Of a stretch of 64,000 bases of DNA, positions 8,877 through 18,083 are shown one piece after another (position 1 is the stretch's first letter; every line of letters starts with the position of its first letter). This stretch comes from an uncultured Bacilli bacterium (GTDB lineage Bacteria; Bacillota_I; Bacilli_A; RF39; UBA660): contig CANRNO010000003.1 in NCBI GenBank assembly GCA_947632065.1, forward strand, positions 6,662-70,661. The letters run 5' to 3'. Made by a program: the position numbers and the translations under genes. The notes under the pieces are model-generated. The model had not been told where the DNA came from. It did no database searches and saw nothing but the letters and a program-made list of their open reading frames with translations.

Positions 8877-9581
8877 TTAATTTAATACTTCTTCTGTCAT
8901 TTCTTTTTCTGTAAGTACTATTTTTATAAATTTAACTATATTAAATACTATAATAAGAGCAAGTACTGCCCATATAAAATTTACCCACCAAGGAGTTGCG
9001 GTACAAATTTGTGAAAAAGTATAATGTGCAAAATTATCACAAGATGTAGGCATCTTTATTCTATCTTTAGTTAAATAATAAAAAATAAAATAAATAATTT
9101 CTATATAAAATATTTTCATTCCTCTTTTAGTATGAAATGATACATATTGTGAATCTTTTTTCATTAAATATACATATGGTGCACAAATATATGAAAGTAT
9201 AGCCCATCCTTTATTATTTTCTATTTCTTCTTCTGTAATATTAATTCTATTTTCACTTTTCGATTTAAAAAGAATCTTATTTATATTTTCTATTTTTAAT
9301 TTGTTCTTATTATATCTTTTAGAAAATTTTCTATTTTTAGTTTTCTTAATAGTATCTTTATTTGATGATGAGACACTCATAATAATAGGATCTACTTTTT
9401 CTAATAATTTAGCTTTTTTTATAATATTTTTTTGTGAACTTTTTATCATTACTGATTTATTTTTTTTAGTAGTTTTTCTTTTGTTCTTTTTAGTAGTTTG
9501 TTTATTTTTTACTTTAGCAGTTGTCTTTTTCTTTGTTTTAGCATTAGTTATTTTTTTCTTTTTCTTATTCAACTTCAACAC
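8877..9581 (-). CDS. DUF4870-like membrane protein with a Lys/Thr/Asn-rich basic N-terminal extension
   Basis: N-terminal KKKKITNAKTKKKTTAKVKNKQTTKKNKRKTTKK low-complexity region. The C-terminal TM region contains SQYVSFHTKRGMKIF, resembling the DUF4870 motif. The start codon is uncertain: GTG at 9581, or a TTG a few codons in. Confidence 0.45.
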   Translation of the reverse strand: MLKLNKKKKKITNAKTKKKTTAKVKNKQTTKKNKRKTTKKNKSVMIKSSQKNIIKKAKLLEKVDPIIMSVSSSNKDTIKKTKNRKFSKRYNKNKLKIENINKILFKSKSENRINITEEEIENNKGWAILSYICAPYVYLMKKDSQYVSFHTKRGMKIFYIEIIYFIFYYLTKDRIKMPTSCDNFAHYTFSQICTATPWWVNFIWAVLALIIVFNIVKFIKIVLTEKEMTEEVLN

Positions 9582-9703
9582 CCTCTTTTTATAAAAGTCA
9601 TAAATTAGTTCATATTATAGCACTAAAAATTAATTTTGTTAATCATTTTTTTAAATAATATGTTTTTTTCAAATAAAAAAGTACTTTAATTTAATAAAAT
9701 ACT

Positions 9704-10561
9704 TTAAAATAATGTTAAAATTTCTGAAATTATACCTACTGTTGTTCCTATTGTATAAAGGAGTGCTAGAATAGCAATGTTTTCTTTCATATTTTTATTT
9801 GTTTTAAATAATACTATGAGTGCTACTCCACTACCTGTTAAAAGTCCCGATAAAAGGGAGGCAAAATCTATAATATTATTTAAATATAATTGAGTTATCA
9901 TAACACTTGATGCACAATTCGGGAAAAGTCCTACTAGACTTGAAATGAATGGAGAGAAAATACTACCTTTTAAGAATATTTTGGATATATTATCTTCTCC
10001 AAATAAATATATTACTGAATTTAGGACAAATGTAATTATGAAAATAAATATTATTATATTAATTGTATGCTTTATAGCAGATATAAATATACTTTCTTTT
10101 TCACAATGACAATGTTCGTCATGACAAAAATGTTTTATATTATTTTTTGTTATTTTATTTTGTCTTTTTAATAACCAGTCTATTACTATTCCAAAAAGAA
10201 TTCCTATTATTACTTTAGTTAATAAAATTAAAAGTATTATTTTTATATTTACTCTTTGAGATAATAAGATAGGTAACATTTCATCTGATGTTGATAAGTA
10301 TATAGCAATTAATGTTCCAAGTGTTATTATTCTAGTTGCATAAAGATTAGTAGCAAGAACTGAGAATCCACATTGAGGGATTGCTCCTAGAATAGAACCT
10401 ATTACTGGTCCATATTTTATAGTATGTTCTATTTTTTCTTTACTTTTTTTTGTTATTTTATGTTCAATGTATTCAATAATTAAAAATGCAACAAACAAAA
10501 AAGGAATTAATTTTATTGTATCAATAAATGTTTCAAAAATAATTCCTTTCATAATTTTCAT
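9704..10561 (-). CDS. Polytopic permease with duplicated P-x-C-G/A motifs and a His/Cys-rich loop (ArsP_2/putative heavy-metal exporter-like)
   Basis: GAIPQCGFSV and GLFPNCASSV lie in pseudo-symmetric halves, with a central HFCHDEHCHCEKE loop. The ATG at 10552 has better RBS spacing than the one at 10561. Confidence 0.45.
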   Translation of the reverse strand: MKIMKGIIFETFIDTIKLIPFLFVAFLIIEYIEHKITKKSKEKIEHTIKYGPVIGSILGAIPQCGFSVLATNLYATRIITLGTLIAIYLSTSDEMLPILLSQRVNIKIILLILLTKVIIGILFGIVIDWLLKRQNKITKNNIKHFCHDEHCHCEKESIFISAIKHTINIIIFIFIITFVLNSVIYLFGEDNISKIFLKGSIFSPFISSLVGLFPNCASSVMITQLYLNNIIDFASLLSGLLTGSGVALIVLFKTNKNMKENIAILALLYTIGTTVGIISEILTLF

Positions 10562-10567
10562 CCCCTT

Positions 10568-11602
10568 TTATTTTTTATCTATCATTATTAATGGTACAAA
10601 CATTTCTTCTTCTGTTATTCCTGCAGGCATAGGTTTTTCTTCATCGTCTTGATTATATGTAAAATATTTATCATTTATCGCAACTGCGACATAATCACCA
10701 ATAGGTTCTTCAAGTAATGAATGATCTGTTCCTGTTCCAAAAATATCTTTTGATTTAGCTTCATTTTTAGAAATTAATATAAAATCATTTACAAAATATT
10801 TTATAAATATTTGTTCAAAGTCTAATTTTTTGCCTTCTTTAATAAAGAAATGACATGCTCTTGGTTCAATTAAAGGCTCTTCTTTTAATAAATTATATAC
10901 TGCTTTATAATGATTTAGAGGAACTGGAGTTGTATTTAAATATCCATGATCAGACACAACAAATACAACAGTATCATTTAGTTTCTTAGTAAATTTTTCT
11001 ATTTCTCTATTAATTTTTTTAATTTCTTTTTTAACATCTTTATTATCATAACCATTTACTTTTACTAAATCATCTAATTCATTATAATCTGCATAAATAT
11101 ATTTTTTACCTCTTTTTTCTAATGTCTTTTGTATTCTTTCTAACAAATCAGATAAATCTTTATATTTTCTACCTTCTTCTTTTCCAAATTCGAAGGCTTT
11201 TACTTTTTTATCTTTATCAGAATTAATTATATTAACTATATTTTTATCTTCTGTTTTTTTGGCTTTTTTCAATTTTATCTTTTCGTTTATTATACCGTGT
11301 TCAATAGGATTAAGTCCTGTTTTAAGACTTGTATTTGAAGATAGTTTACTAGCAGGAAAAGTAGAACTTAATTCATCTATTTTATTACAGCGTAAAAATG
11401 AAGAATCTTCTAAATTATTTTTAATACTATTTGCAGACATACCTCTTATATTTATAACTACAACATTCTCATATTGTTTTTGTTTTAGTTTTCTATTTAG
11501 GTTTTCAAGTATTTCATGGTATGTTTCAAATCCAAAATAATTTAAAATTGTATTTGTAAAGTTTGTTAAGCAGTGATCATAATTTGCGAATGTTTTTCTC
11601 AT
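10568..11602 (-). CDS. Alkaline-phosphatase superfamily protein (nucleotide pyrophosphatase/phosphodiesterase-like)
   Basis: GAGGAA RBS. LKTGLNPIEHGI and VVFVVSDHGY match NPP/AP-superfamily core motifs. The first metal-binding Asp position appears substituted. Confidence 0.55.
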   Translation of the reverse strand: MRKTFANYDHCLTNFTNTILNYFGFETYHEILENLNRKLKQKQYENVVVINIRGMSANSIKNNLEDSSFLRCNKIDELSSTFPASKLSSNTSLKTGLNPIEHGIINEKIKLKKAKKTEDKNIVNIINSDKDKKVKAFEFGKEEGRKYKDLSDLLERIQKTLEKRGKKYIYADYNELDDLVKVNGYDNKDVKKEIKKINREIEKFTKKLNDTVVFVVSDHGYLNTTPVPLNHYKAVYNLLKEEPLIEPRACHFFIKEGKKLDFEQIFIKYFVNDFILISKNEAKSKDIFGTGTDHSLLEEPIGDYVAVAINDKYFTYNQDDEEKPMPAGITEEEMFVPLIMIDKK

Positions 11603-11715
11603 AGTCTTTTCCTCGATTCAATATACTATTTCATTTATAATATACCATAAATTAATAAATATGTAAAATGTCAAAAAAAAGAAATTAAATAAATTAACTT
11701 CTTTTTTGATTTAAA

Positions 11716-12525
11716 TTAGTTAAATCTTTTTCTTACTGAATAAGCTATTCCACATCCACTTGTGATAACTAAACTTAGTAATAGATATAAGTTGATATCA
11801 GCAGTATCTGGGTTTGCTTCATCTTTTTTCTCTTCTGTTGTTTGTGGTTCAACTACTTCTGGTTTATGATTTTCATTATAAACTTCCATAGCTGCTTCTT
11901 TGTCTTCTTCAGTAAATGCAGCAGTTGGTGAAACTGTACCAGATAAAGATTCATCAATTACTAATTGAACAGTACTAGCATGAAGTCTAACTATAATTTC
12001 TTGATAATTATCTCCATCCTCTCCATTCCAGTAAATAGTTGCTGTTTTAGTTATAATTGCATTTTCACCATTTTGTTCAATTTCAGCTTTCATTTCTTCA
12101 GCAGTAAATGGAATCCATAAAGTGTAATCATTATGTTGTCCATCGGCTGTTGCTGTAGTACATTCATCTCCGTGATCATTTGTATAGCCTCTTTTCCAAC
12201 AAACTGTACTAACATCAGAATCAGGTGCTTCTACTCCAACACCAAACCAAGCAGTATCTCCTTGTGGTCTGTTAGCATTACCAACTGTTTTATCAACAAC
12301 TACTAAATTAGTGTTTTCGATATCAAATGTTGTTGTCCTTTCATTAGTAGACTTTTTAGCAGCGTTATAATTTTTAGTTGGTCCTGTTGTTGTAATATCA
12401 TTGACGTCTTTTAATTCAAGTGCTGATACTGAAGGCATAACCATAAATGCTGCCATTGCGATTACCGCAATCATCATAATTTTTTTCATATTATCACCTT
12501 TCTTTTTTTGTTGACTTTTCAACAA
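11716..12525 (-). CDS. Secreted cell-surface protein with a C-terminal sorting-signal-like anchor
   Basis: Signal peptide MKKIMMIAVIAMAAFMVMPSVSA (an ATG at 12489 is an alternative to the TTG at 12525). The C-terminus has NPDTAD, then a hydrophobic stretch, then an RKRF tail. Confidence 0.65.
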   Translation of the reverse strand: MLKSQQKKKGDNMKKIMMIAVIAMAAFMVMPSVSALELKDVNDITTTGPTKNYNAAKKSTNERTTTFDIENTNLVVVDKTVGNANRPQGDTAWFGVGVEAPDSDVSTVCWKRGYTNDHGDECTTATADGQHNDYTLWIPFTAEEMKAEIEQNGENAIITKTATIYWNGEDGDNYQEIIVRLHASTVQLVIDESLSGTVSPTAAFTEEDKEAAMEVYNENHKPEVVEPQTTEEKKDEANPDTADINLYLLLSLVITSGCGIAYSVRKRFN

Positions 12526-12546
12526 ATTCTCTCCTTTCTTATCTTT

Positions 12547-12577
12547 ATTATATAATAAGAACCCCCCCCCATGTCAA
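12547..12577 (-). promoter_or_regulatory. Sigma-A type promoter with a G9 homopolymer in the -35/-10 spacer
   Basis: The minus strand reads TTGACA-t-GGGGGGGGG-ttcttattaTATAAT. The -35 is at 12572-12577 and the C9/G9 run is at 12562-12570. TATATA sits at 17-nt spacing and TATAAT at 19-nt spacing, and the surface-protein start lies about 55 nt downstream. Confidence 0.6.
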
Positions 12578-12623
12578 TATTTTTATCAACAGCTGACTAG
12601 GGGTATTTACAATTCATAAAATA

Positions 12624-13916
12624 TTACACTCTCCAGTCAATTAAACTTTCAATCATATCAACATCGAATACTGGAATATCTAATTTTTCTTTTACATCTT
12701 TTCTTTCTCTAAATGAATCATCTATGAAAATAGATTTTTCTTTTTTGATATAATCACTTTTTAATTTATCATCTTCTATGTTAATTATATCTGTGAATAA
12801 ATCAATGGACAATTTATATTTTTTTAAACTATTATAAATATCATCCTTATGTCTTGTTAATAAATATATGTTTTTATTTTTATTTACTAGTTGATATAAA
12901 AATCTTATAGCATCTATATTTAATTTTCCTTTATTAGTAATAGTATCATCAAAATCTATATAAACATTTTCATATTCGTAATCTATTTTATATCTGTTTA
13001 CAAATGCTCTATCTACTATAATACTATAATTATTTTTTATTATATCTAAATTACCATTTCCCCACATGTTATAAAGTGTTAAAAGTGGATAATTAATTCC
13101 TTGATTTCTAGATAATCCCATTGTTCCTGGAATACGTGGAGACACTTCCAAAAGTTTATATTTATTTTGATTATTTTTTTTCAATTGAAAAAACCAGGCT
13201 CCATTAAAATCAAAGTATGAATTTATTATATTAGCAATTTTTGTTACTTCTTTTGGTATTTTATGTTTTGTTGATCTAACACTAATACCAGTTCTTATTC
13301 TATCTCTACTTCTAAATGATATTGACTGTAATTTTTTATTTCTATCTGTAAAACAATCTACTGTGTATTCTTCATTGGCTAAATATTCACAAATAATCAT
13401 ATCTTCATTATTATTAAGTAAAAATTTTAATTCTTCTTCTGTTTCTACTTTATACGAAGCTTCTGCTCCTTGTCCTTTGTTTGGTTTTATAAATACTGGG
13501 TATGATTCTACTTCTTCTATATTTTTAAATGTTTTTGGAATAAAATCTTCACTTTTCATTCTTTCATATGTTTTCTTTTTTGATCTACAAGTATTAACTG
13601 TATCTTTTGATGATGTTACTATTTTTGCTTTTATTTTTTCTTGATTATTGGTTAAGTATACTTGAACTTTATCCATAGCTGGATAAATATAATCTATTTT
13701 ATTTTTTTCAATATATTCATTTAAGTAATCAATAAAATTTTCTTCGTTGAATAATGGAAAATCAATATCACAATTTTTATATATGAATTCACTGTGATCA
13801 CTTGTACTATTTCCTCCAAAAACATTTACAAATTTTGAATATTTTAGAGCATTATTTATCTCAAACGCTATTTCTGATCCTGACGGAAACAATAATACAT
13901 TATATACTTTTTTCAT
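12624..13916 (-). CDS. ATP-grasp ligase fused to a HAD-like C-terminal domain
   Basis: The central region YPVFIKPNKGQGAEASYKV...ICEYLANEEYTVDCF is an ATP-grasp fold. The C-terminus has the HAD motifs IDFDDTIT and FIDDS. 4-nt ATGA overlap with the upstream GT2 gene. Confidence 0.7.
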   Translation of the reverse strand: MKKVYNVLLFPSGSEIAFEINNALKYSKFVNVFGGNSTSDHSEFIYKNCDIDFPLFNEENFIDYLNEYIEKNKIDYIYPAMDKVQVYLTNNQEKIKAKIVTSSKDTVNTCRSKKKTYERMKSEDFIPKTFKNIEEVESYPVFIKPNKGQGAEASYKVETEEELKFLLNNNEDMIICEYLANEEYTVDCFTDRNKKLQSISFRSRDRIRTGISVRSTKHKIPKEVTKIANIINSYFDFNGAWFFQLKKNNQNKYKLLEVSPRIPGTMGLSRNQGINYPLLTLYNMWGNGNLDIIKNNYSIIVDRAFVNRYKIDYEYENVYIDFDDTITNKGKLNIDAIRFLYQLVNKNKNIYLLTRHKDDIYNSLKKYKLSIDLFTDIINIEDDKLKSDYIKKEKSIFIDDSFRERKDVKEKLDIPVFDVDMIESLIDWRV

Positions 13917-15337
13917 TTTTGCCTCTTTCTTTTAAAAAAGTTGAAAATACTTTTCTTTTGATATTTTTCCTTTAATAATTTTATTAATTCCTCTTCTCCT
14001 ATTAAATTAGTCTCTCCTATTACTTCTACTGTATTTACTACTCCTTTATAATCTATTGAACAAATTGGATCAGTAGTTAAGAAATATAAAATTTCATCTT
14101 TAACAATAGAATCATTTGTATTGTATTCTACTTCTTGACCATTTATATATATTTTAAGATTTTTAAAAGATCTTGCTCTTAACTCATCTGGATCAACTCT
14201 AAGACTCATAACATTTTTATTAATATCAGAAAATACTATTTTAAATTTATTTTCTTTCAAAAGAGTTCTTATATTAATTTTATTATCTTCGCTAAATCCC
14301 ATTCCGTCATCGAAAAAAACTGATGTATTTAATATCATATCATGATTTATTATATTAAATAAGTCATACTTACCTGTTTCAGTTGTAAAACTTCTTTTAC
14401 TATAATTATATAGTTTTTCTAATTCTTCTCTTTTTTTACTATCTTGAATTTCTTCATAAATAAGTAAAAGTCCAAATAATATATATGGTTTAATTTTTAC
14501 TTTATCAATACAAAGTCTAGCAAGTGCATATGGAATATTTATTTTTCCATCTACTACATATTCTTTGGCTTCTGGGAATATTTTTAGAAATTCATCATCT
14601 TTTATATTTTTATATAAACTAAGGGCTGGTAATAAATCGAAATGATATCTAATTAAATTATTTTCATTATATCCAGATGTATTTTTAGCGTTTTCTCTTA
14701 CTCTAAAACAAGCTAGTTTTTCTTCATAAATATATATTTTATGTTTAAGAGAAAGTTTTATCCATCTATATAAATCCGGAATAGCTCCTAATCCATTTGC
14801 ATATAAATTTTCTTCTTTTTGCACTTTTGTTCTTAACATGACACTTGGGTGGCATAAACAATTACCATTATAGAAAAAATGATTCAAAAATTCATATCTA
14901 CTTTTATCTTTGATATTGAAATTAGTATATGTTTTTCCATTATTACTATCTATTTCTTCTCCCTTTTCGTTTATTAATTTTATCCATGTAAAACAAGCAG
15001 CAACTTCTTTATGATTGTCCATATATTCTACTTGCTTTTTTAATTTTTCTTTTTCCCATTTATCATCACAATGGGCTATACAAAAATATTCTCCTTTAAG
15101 TTTGTTTATTAAATTAGGTTCTATAATACCACCTATATTTTTTTTATGACGTATAGCTATAATTCTTTTATCTTTCTTGGAATATTTTTCAATTATATCC
15201 CAACTATTATCTGTTGAGCAATCATCTATTATGTAGCATTCAAAGTCTTTTAGGGTTTGATTTAAAATACTTTCAATACTTTCTTTTAAAAAATTCTCAT
15301 GATTATATGAAGTTAAAACAACACTAACTTTTGGCAT
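13913..15337 (-). CDS. Glycosyltransferase family 2 with an extended C-terminal domain
   Basis: VSVVLTSYNHENFLKESIESILNQT...IIDDCSTD is the classic GT2 N-terminus with a DxD-type motif. Confidence 0.85.
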   Translation of the reverse strand: MPKVSVVLTSYNHENFLKESIESILNQTLKDFECYIIDDCSTDNSWDIIEKYSKKDKRIIAIRHKKNIGGIIEPNLINKLKGEYFCIAHCDDKWEKEKLKKQVEYMDNHKEVAACFTWIKLINEKGEEIDSNNGKTYTNFNIKDKSRYEFLNHFFYNGNCLCHPSVMLRTKVQKEENLYANGLGAIPDLYRWIKLSLKHKIYIYEEKLACFRVRENAKNTSGYNENNLIRYHFDLLPALSLYKNIKDDEFLKIFPEAKEYVVDGKINIPYALARLCIDKVKIKPYILFGLLLIYEEIQDSKKREELEKLYNYSKRSFTTETGKYDLFNIINHDMILNTSVFFDDGMGFSEDNKINIRTLLKENKFKIVFSDINKNVMSLRVDPDELRARSFKNLKIYINGQEVEYNTNDSIVKDEILYFLTTDPICSIDYKGVVNTVEVIGETNLIGEEELIKLLKEKYQKKSIFNFFKRKRQK

Positions 15338-16451
15338 AATTTTTTCCTTTCGTTTTCATAATTATTTTTATTTTATCTACTATAAAATCTACATCTTCTT
15401 TTTTTAACCCATTATAAAGTGGTAGACACAAAACTTGAGATGATATTTTCTTAGCAACAGGTACTTTTGTATCTTTATATTTTTCTTTATAGCATCCAAA
15501 CTCTGGTACAATAGGATAAAAATATTTTCTAGTATAGATATTATATTTTTTTAAAAACTTATACACTTCATCTCTATTCTCAATTAATATTGGTAAGTAA
15601 GAATAATTATAATTATAGTCTTTATATAAGTTTTCTGGTTCAAAAAATTTTATTCCATTTAACTCTTTTAAAAGTTTTCTATAATATAGGGTTATTTTTT
15701 TTCTTTCTTCAATTAATTTATCAATATGTTTTAAATTTATAAGCCCCATTGATGCTTGAAACTCATTCATTTTAGAGTTTCCTCCAACAAAGTTAATTGT
15801 TTCTTCTCCTTCAATACCAAAATTCTTTAAAGTCTCAAATGTTTGTTTCATTTTTTTATCATTATAAATTAATGCTCCACCTTCTATTGTATGGAATATT
15901 TTAGTAGCATGAAAGCTTAACATAGAAACATCTCCATAGTTAGATATTGCTTTTCCTTTATAATTCACACCAAATGTATGTGCTGCATCATATATAACTT
16001 TCAAATTATGACGTTTGGCAATTTCTTCAATACGCTCTATATTACACATATGTCCATAAACATGGACAGGCATAATAGCTGTGGTTTTATCTGTTATTAA
16101 ATCTTCTATTTTGTCCTCATCTATTGTTAAATCACTTTCTTTTATATCACAAAATACCGGTGTTATATTATTTAATGTTAGTGAATGTGTAGTTGATGCA
16201 AAGGTAAAAGGTGTTGTGATTACTTCTCCTTTTAATTCTAATCCTTTAATAGCAGTATCTAAAGCTGAATGTCCGTTAACTGTTAGAGTAATGTTATCAG
16301 CTTTTAAATATTCTTCTAAACTTTGTTCAAATTTTTTATGTATTGGTCCATTATTAGTTAACCATTCATTTTCCCATATTTCATCTAAATAGTTTTTAAA
16401 TTCTTTTTTTGATGGCATAAATGGTTTTGTAACAGTATATAATTTTTTCAT
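15324..16451 (-). CDS. DegT/DnrJ/EryC1/StrS-family PLP-dependent sugar aminotransferase
   Basis: Full-length match to the family pattern (LTNNGP, TVNGHSALD, SFHATKIF with the PLP lysine). Confidence 0.9.
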   Translation of the reverse strand: MKKLYTVTKPFMPSKKEFKNYLDEIWENEWLTNNGPIHKKFEQSLEEYLKADNITLTVNGHSALDTAIKGLELKGEVITTPFTFASTTHSLTLNNITPVFCDIKESDLTIDEDKIEDLITDKTTAIMPVHVYGHMCNIERIEEIAKRHNLKVIYDAAHTFGVNYKGKAISNYGDVSMLSFHATKIFHTIEGGALIYNDKKMKQTFETLKNFGIEGEETINFVGGNSKMNEFQASMGLINLKHIDKLIEERKKITLYYRKLLKELNGIKFFEPENLYKDYNYNYSYLPILIENRDEVYKFLKKYNIYTRKYFYPIVPEFGCYKEKYKDTKVPVAKKISSQVLCLPLYNGLKKEDVDFIVDKIKIIMKTKGKNYAKS

Positions 16452-16473
16452 GGTGTTTTTCCTCTCTTTACTT

Positions 16474-17268
16474 TTAATAAAATTTTACCCAAGTATAATG
16501 TGCTTTTCTATCTTCATATTTTGGTATTTCCATATAATCACCAAATCTTTGTCTTAACATTTTATCAGCATCATTAGGTCCATAAAATTTTCTTCCTTCA
16601 AATTCATATTTTTTTAGTGGGAAAATTGTATCTTTATCTACTCCATCATAGTATCCTAATATAAACCAATATACTTCTTCATTATCAGAAGAAAACATAG
16701 ATTTTAATGATGCTTTAAAGTATTTTGGATATAGGCTTAATTTTTTACATATTTTTTCTTTATATGAAATCAAACCACTTTTATATACTCTATCTTGATA
16801 AGTTAAATAATGAAAATACCTAAGTTTTTCAGCATCTTTTTTCTTGATTTTATCAATACGATATATGTCAAAATTAATTCCTCTATATTTATATTTATTA
16901 TCGTTTGGAAAAAGTTTTGAATAAACTTCACTATGTGTATCTCTAATTCGTGACCAATAAGGCCAATATATCGGATCGTTTTCTTTATCATGAACTATAA
17001 TATCTTCTGGTAAGTTTTCTCTTAATACTTTAAGAGCTTTATCATATTCTTCCCCAAATAAGAAAACATCAAAATCATCATCCCAAGGAATAAATCCTTT
17101 ATGTCTAACCGCACCAATCAAAGTACCATAACTCATCATATATTTAATACCATTATCATCAAGTATTTTTAGTATTATATCAGCCATTTCTAATAATCTT
17201 TTTTGAACTTTTTTTATATCCTCAATAGGATATTCTTTAGTAGTTTTAAAATCCAACTGTTTTTTCAT
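16474..17268 (-). CDS. licD: LicD-family phosphotransferase (phosphocholine/phospho-alcohol transferase)
   Basis: YGTLIGAVRHKGFIPWDDDFDV is the LicD signature. GGAGG RBS. Confidence 0.85.
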   Translation of the reverse strand: MKKQLDFKTTKEYPIEDIKKVQKRLLEMADIILKILDDNGIKYMMSYGTLIGAVRHKGFIPWDDDFDVFLFGEEYDKALKVLRENLPEDIIVHDKENDPIYWPYWSRIRDTHSEVYSKLFPNDNKYKYRGINFDIYRIDKIKKKDAEKLRYFHYLTYQDRVYKSGLISYKEKICKKLSLYPKYFKASLKSMFSSDNEEVYWFILGYYDGVDKDTIFPLKKYEFEGRKFYGPNDADKMLRQRFGDYMEIPKYEDRKAHYTWVKFY

Positions 17269-17470
17269 TATATTACCTCCAAAAAACTTTTATAATTTAA
17301 TCATTTATATTTTTATTTTATCAAAATTACAAAAAAAAGTCATCAACTAAATATAGTTAATCTAAAAAATATACAGATTACAATTTTTACAACATACTTT
17401 AATTAATTTGAAGTTTGAATTGGTATATGTTATAATGACTTATATCGAAAGTGAGATGATTATAAAAATT

Positions 17471-18076
17471 ATGGAAAAAGTATTTTTATTCGATTTAGAT
17501 TCGACAATTACAAAAGAAGAAATATTACCAAGGATTTCTAAATTGATTGATAAAGATAAAGAAATGGAAATGTTAACTGAAAAAACCATGATGGGTGAAA
17601 TGTCATTTGAAGAAAGTTTCGGATTAAGAGTAGATATATTAAAAGATTTACCTATTGAAGATGTTTCTGATATAATAGCAAATATAAGTTTAAATGAAAA
17701 ATTAGTTAAGTTTTTACAGGAACATAAAAATAATTGTTATATAGTAACTGGTAATTTAGATGTCTGGATAAATAAATTAATGAAAAAAATCGGAATGGAA
17801 AATAATTATTTTTGTTCTAAGGCTAATGTAAAAAACAATAAACTTATAGGAATTGAACAAATAATAAAAAAAGAAGATGTTGTTTCTAAATTTGACGAAT
17901 TTTGTATTGCTATTGGGGATGGCAGTAACGATAGAAAATTACTTGAAAAATCTGATATAGGAATAGCTTTTGGTGGGGTTAGAAATGTTGCCCCTGCTTT
18001 ATTAGAAATATGTGATTATGCTTTTTTTGATGAAGATAAATTATATTGTTTTTTAGGAACACTTATAAAGGAGTAA
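17471..18076 (+). CDS. HAD-IB phosphatase (phosphoserine phosphatase SerB-like)
   Basis: FLFDLDSTIT (motif I) and GDGSNDRKLL (motif IV). The ATG at 17471 places motif I at the N-terminus; the track start at 17408 is probably too long. Confidence 0.7.
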   Translation: MEKVFLFDLDSTITKEEILPRISKLIDKDKEMEMLTEKTMMGEMSFEESFGLRVDILKDLPIEDVSDIIANISLNEKLVKFLQEHKNNCYIVTGNLDVWINKLMKKIGMENNYFCSKANVKNNKLIGIEQIIKKEDVVSKFDEFCIAIGDGSNDRKLLEKSDIGIAFGGVRNVAPALLEICDYAFFDEDKLYCFLGTLIKE

Positions 18077-18083
18077 AATAATT

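Noticed and set aside
16803-16991. A 62-aa same-strand, alternative-frame ORF within licD
   Set aside because: It is fully embedded in the LicD coding frame, which carries the conserved family motifs. There is no independent start signal.
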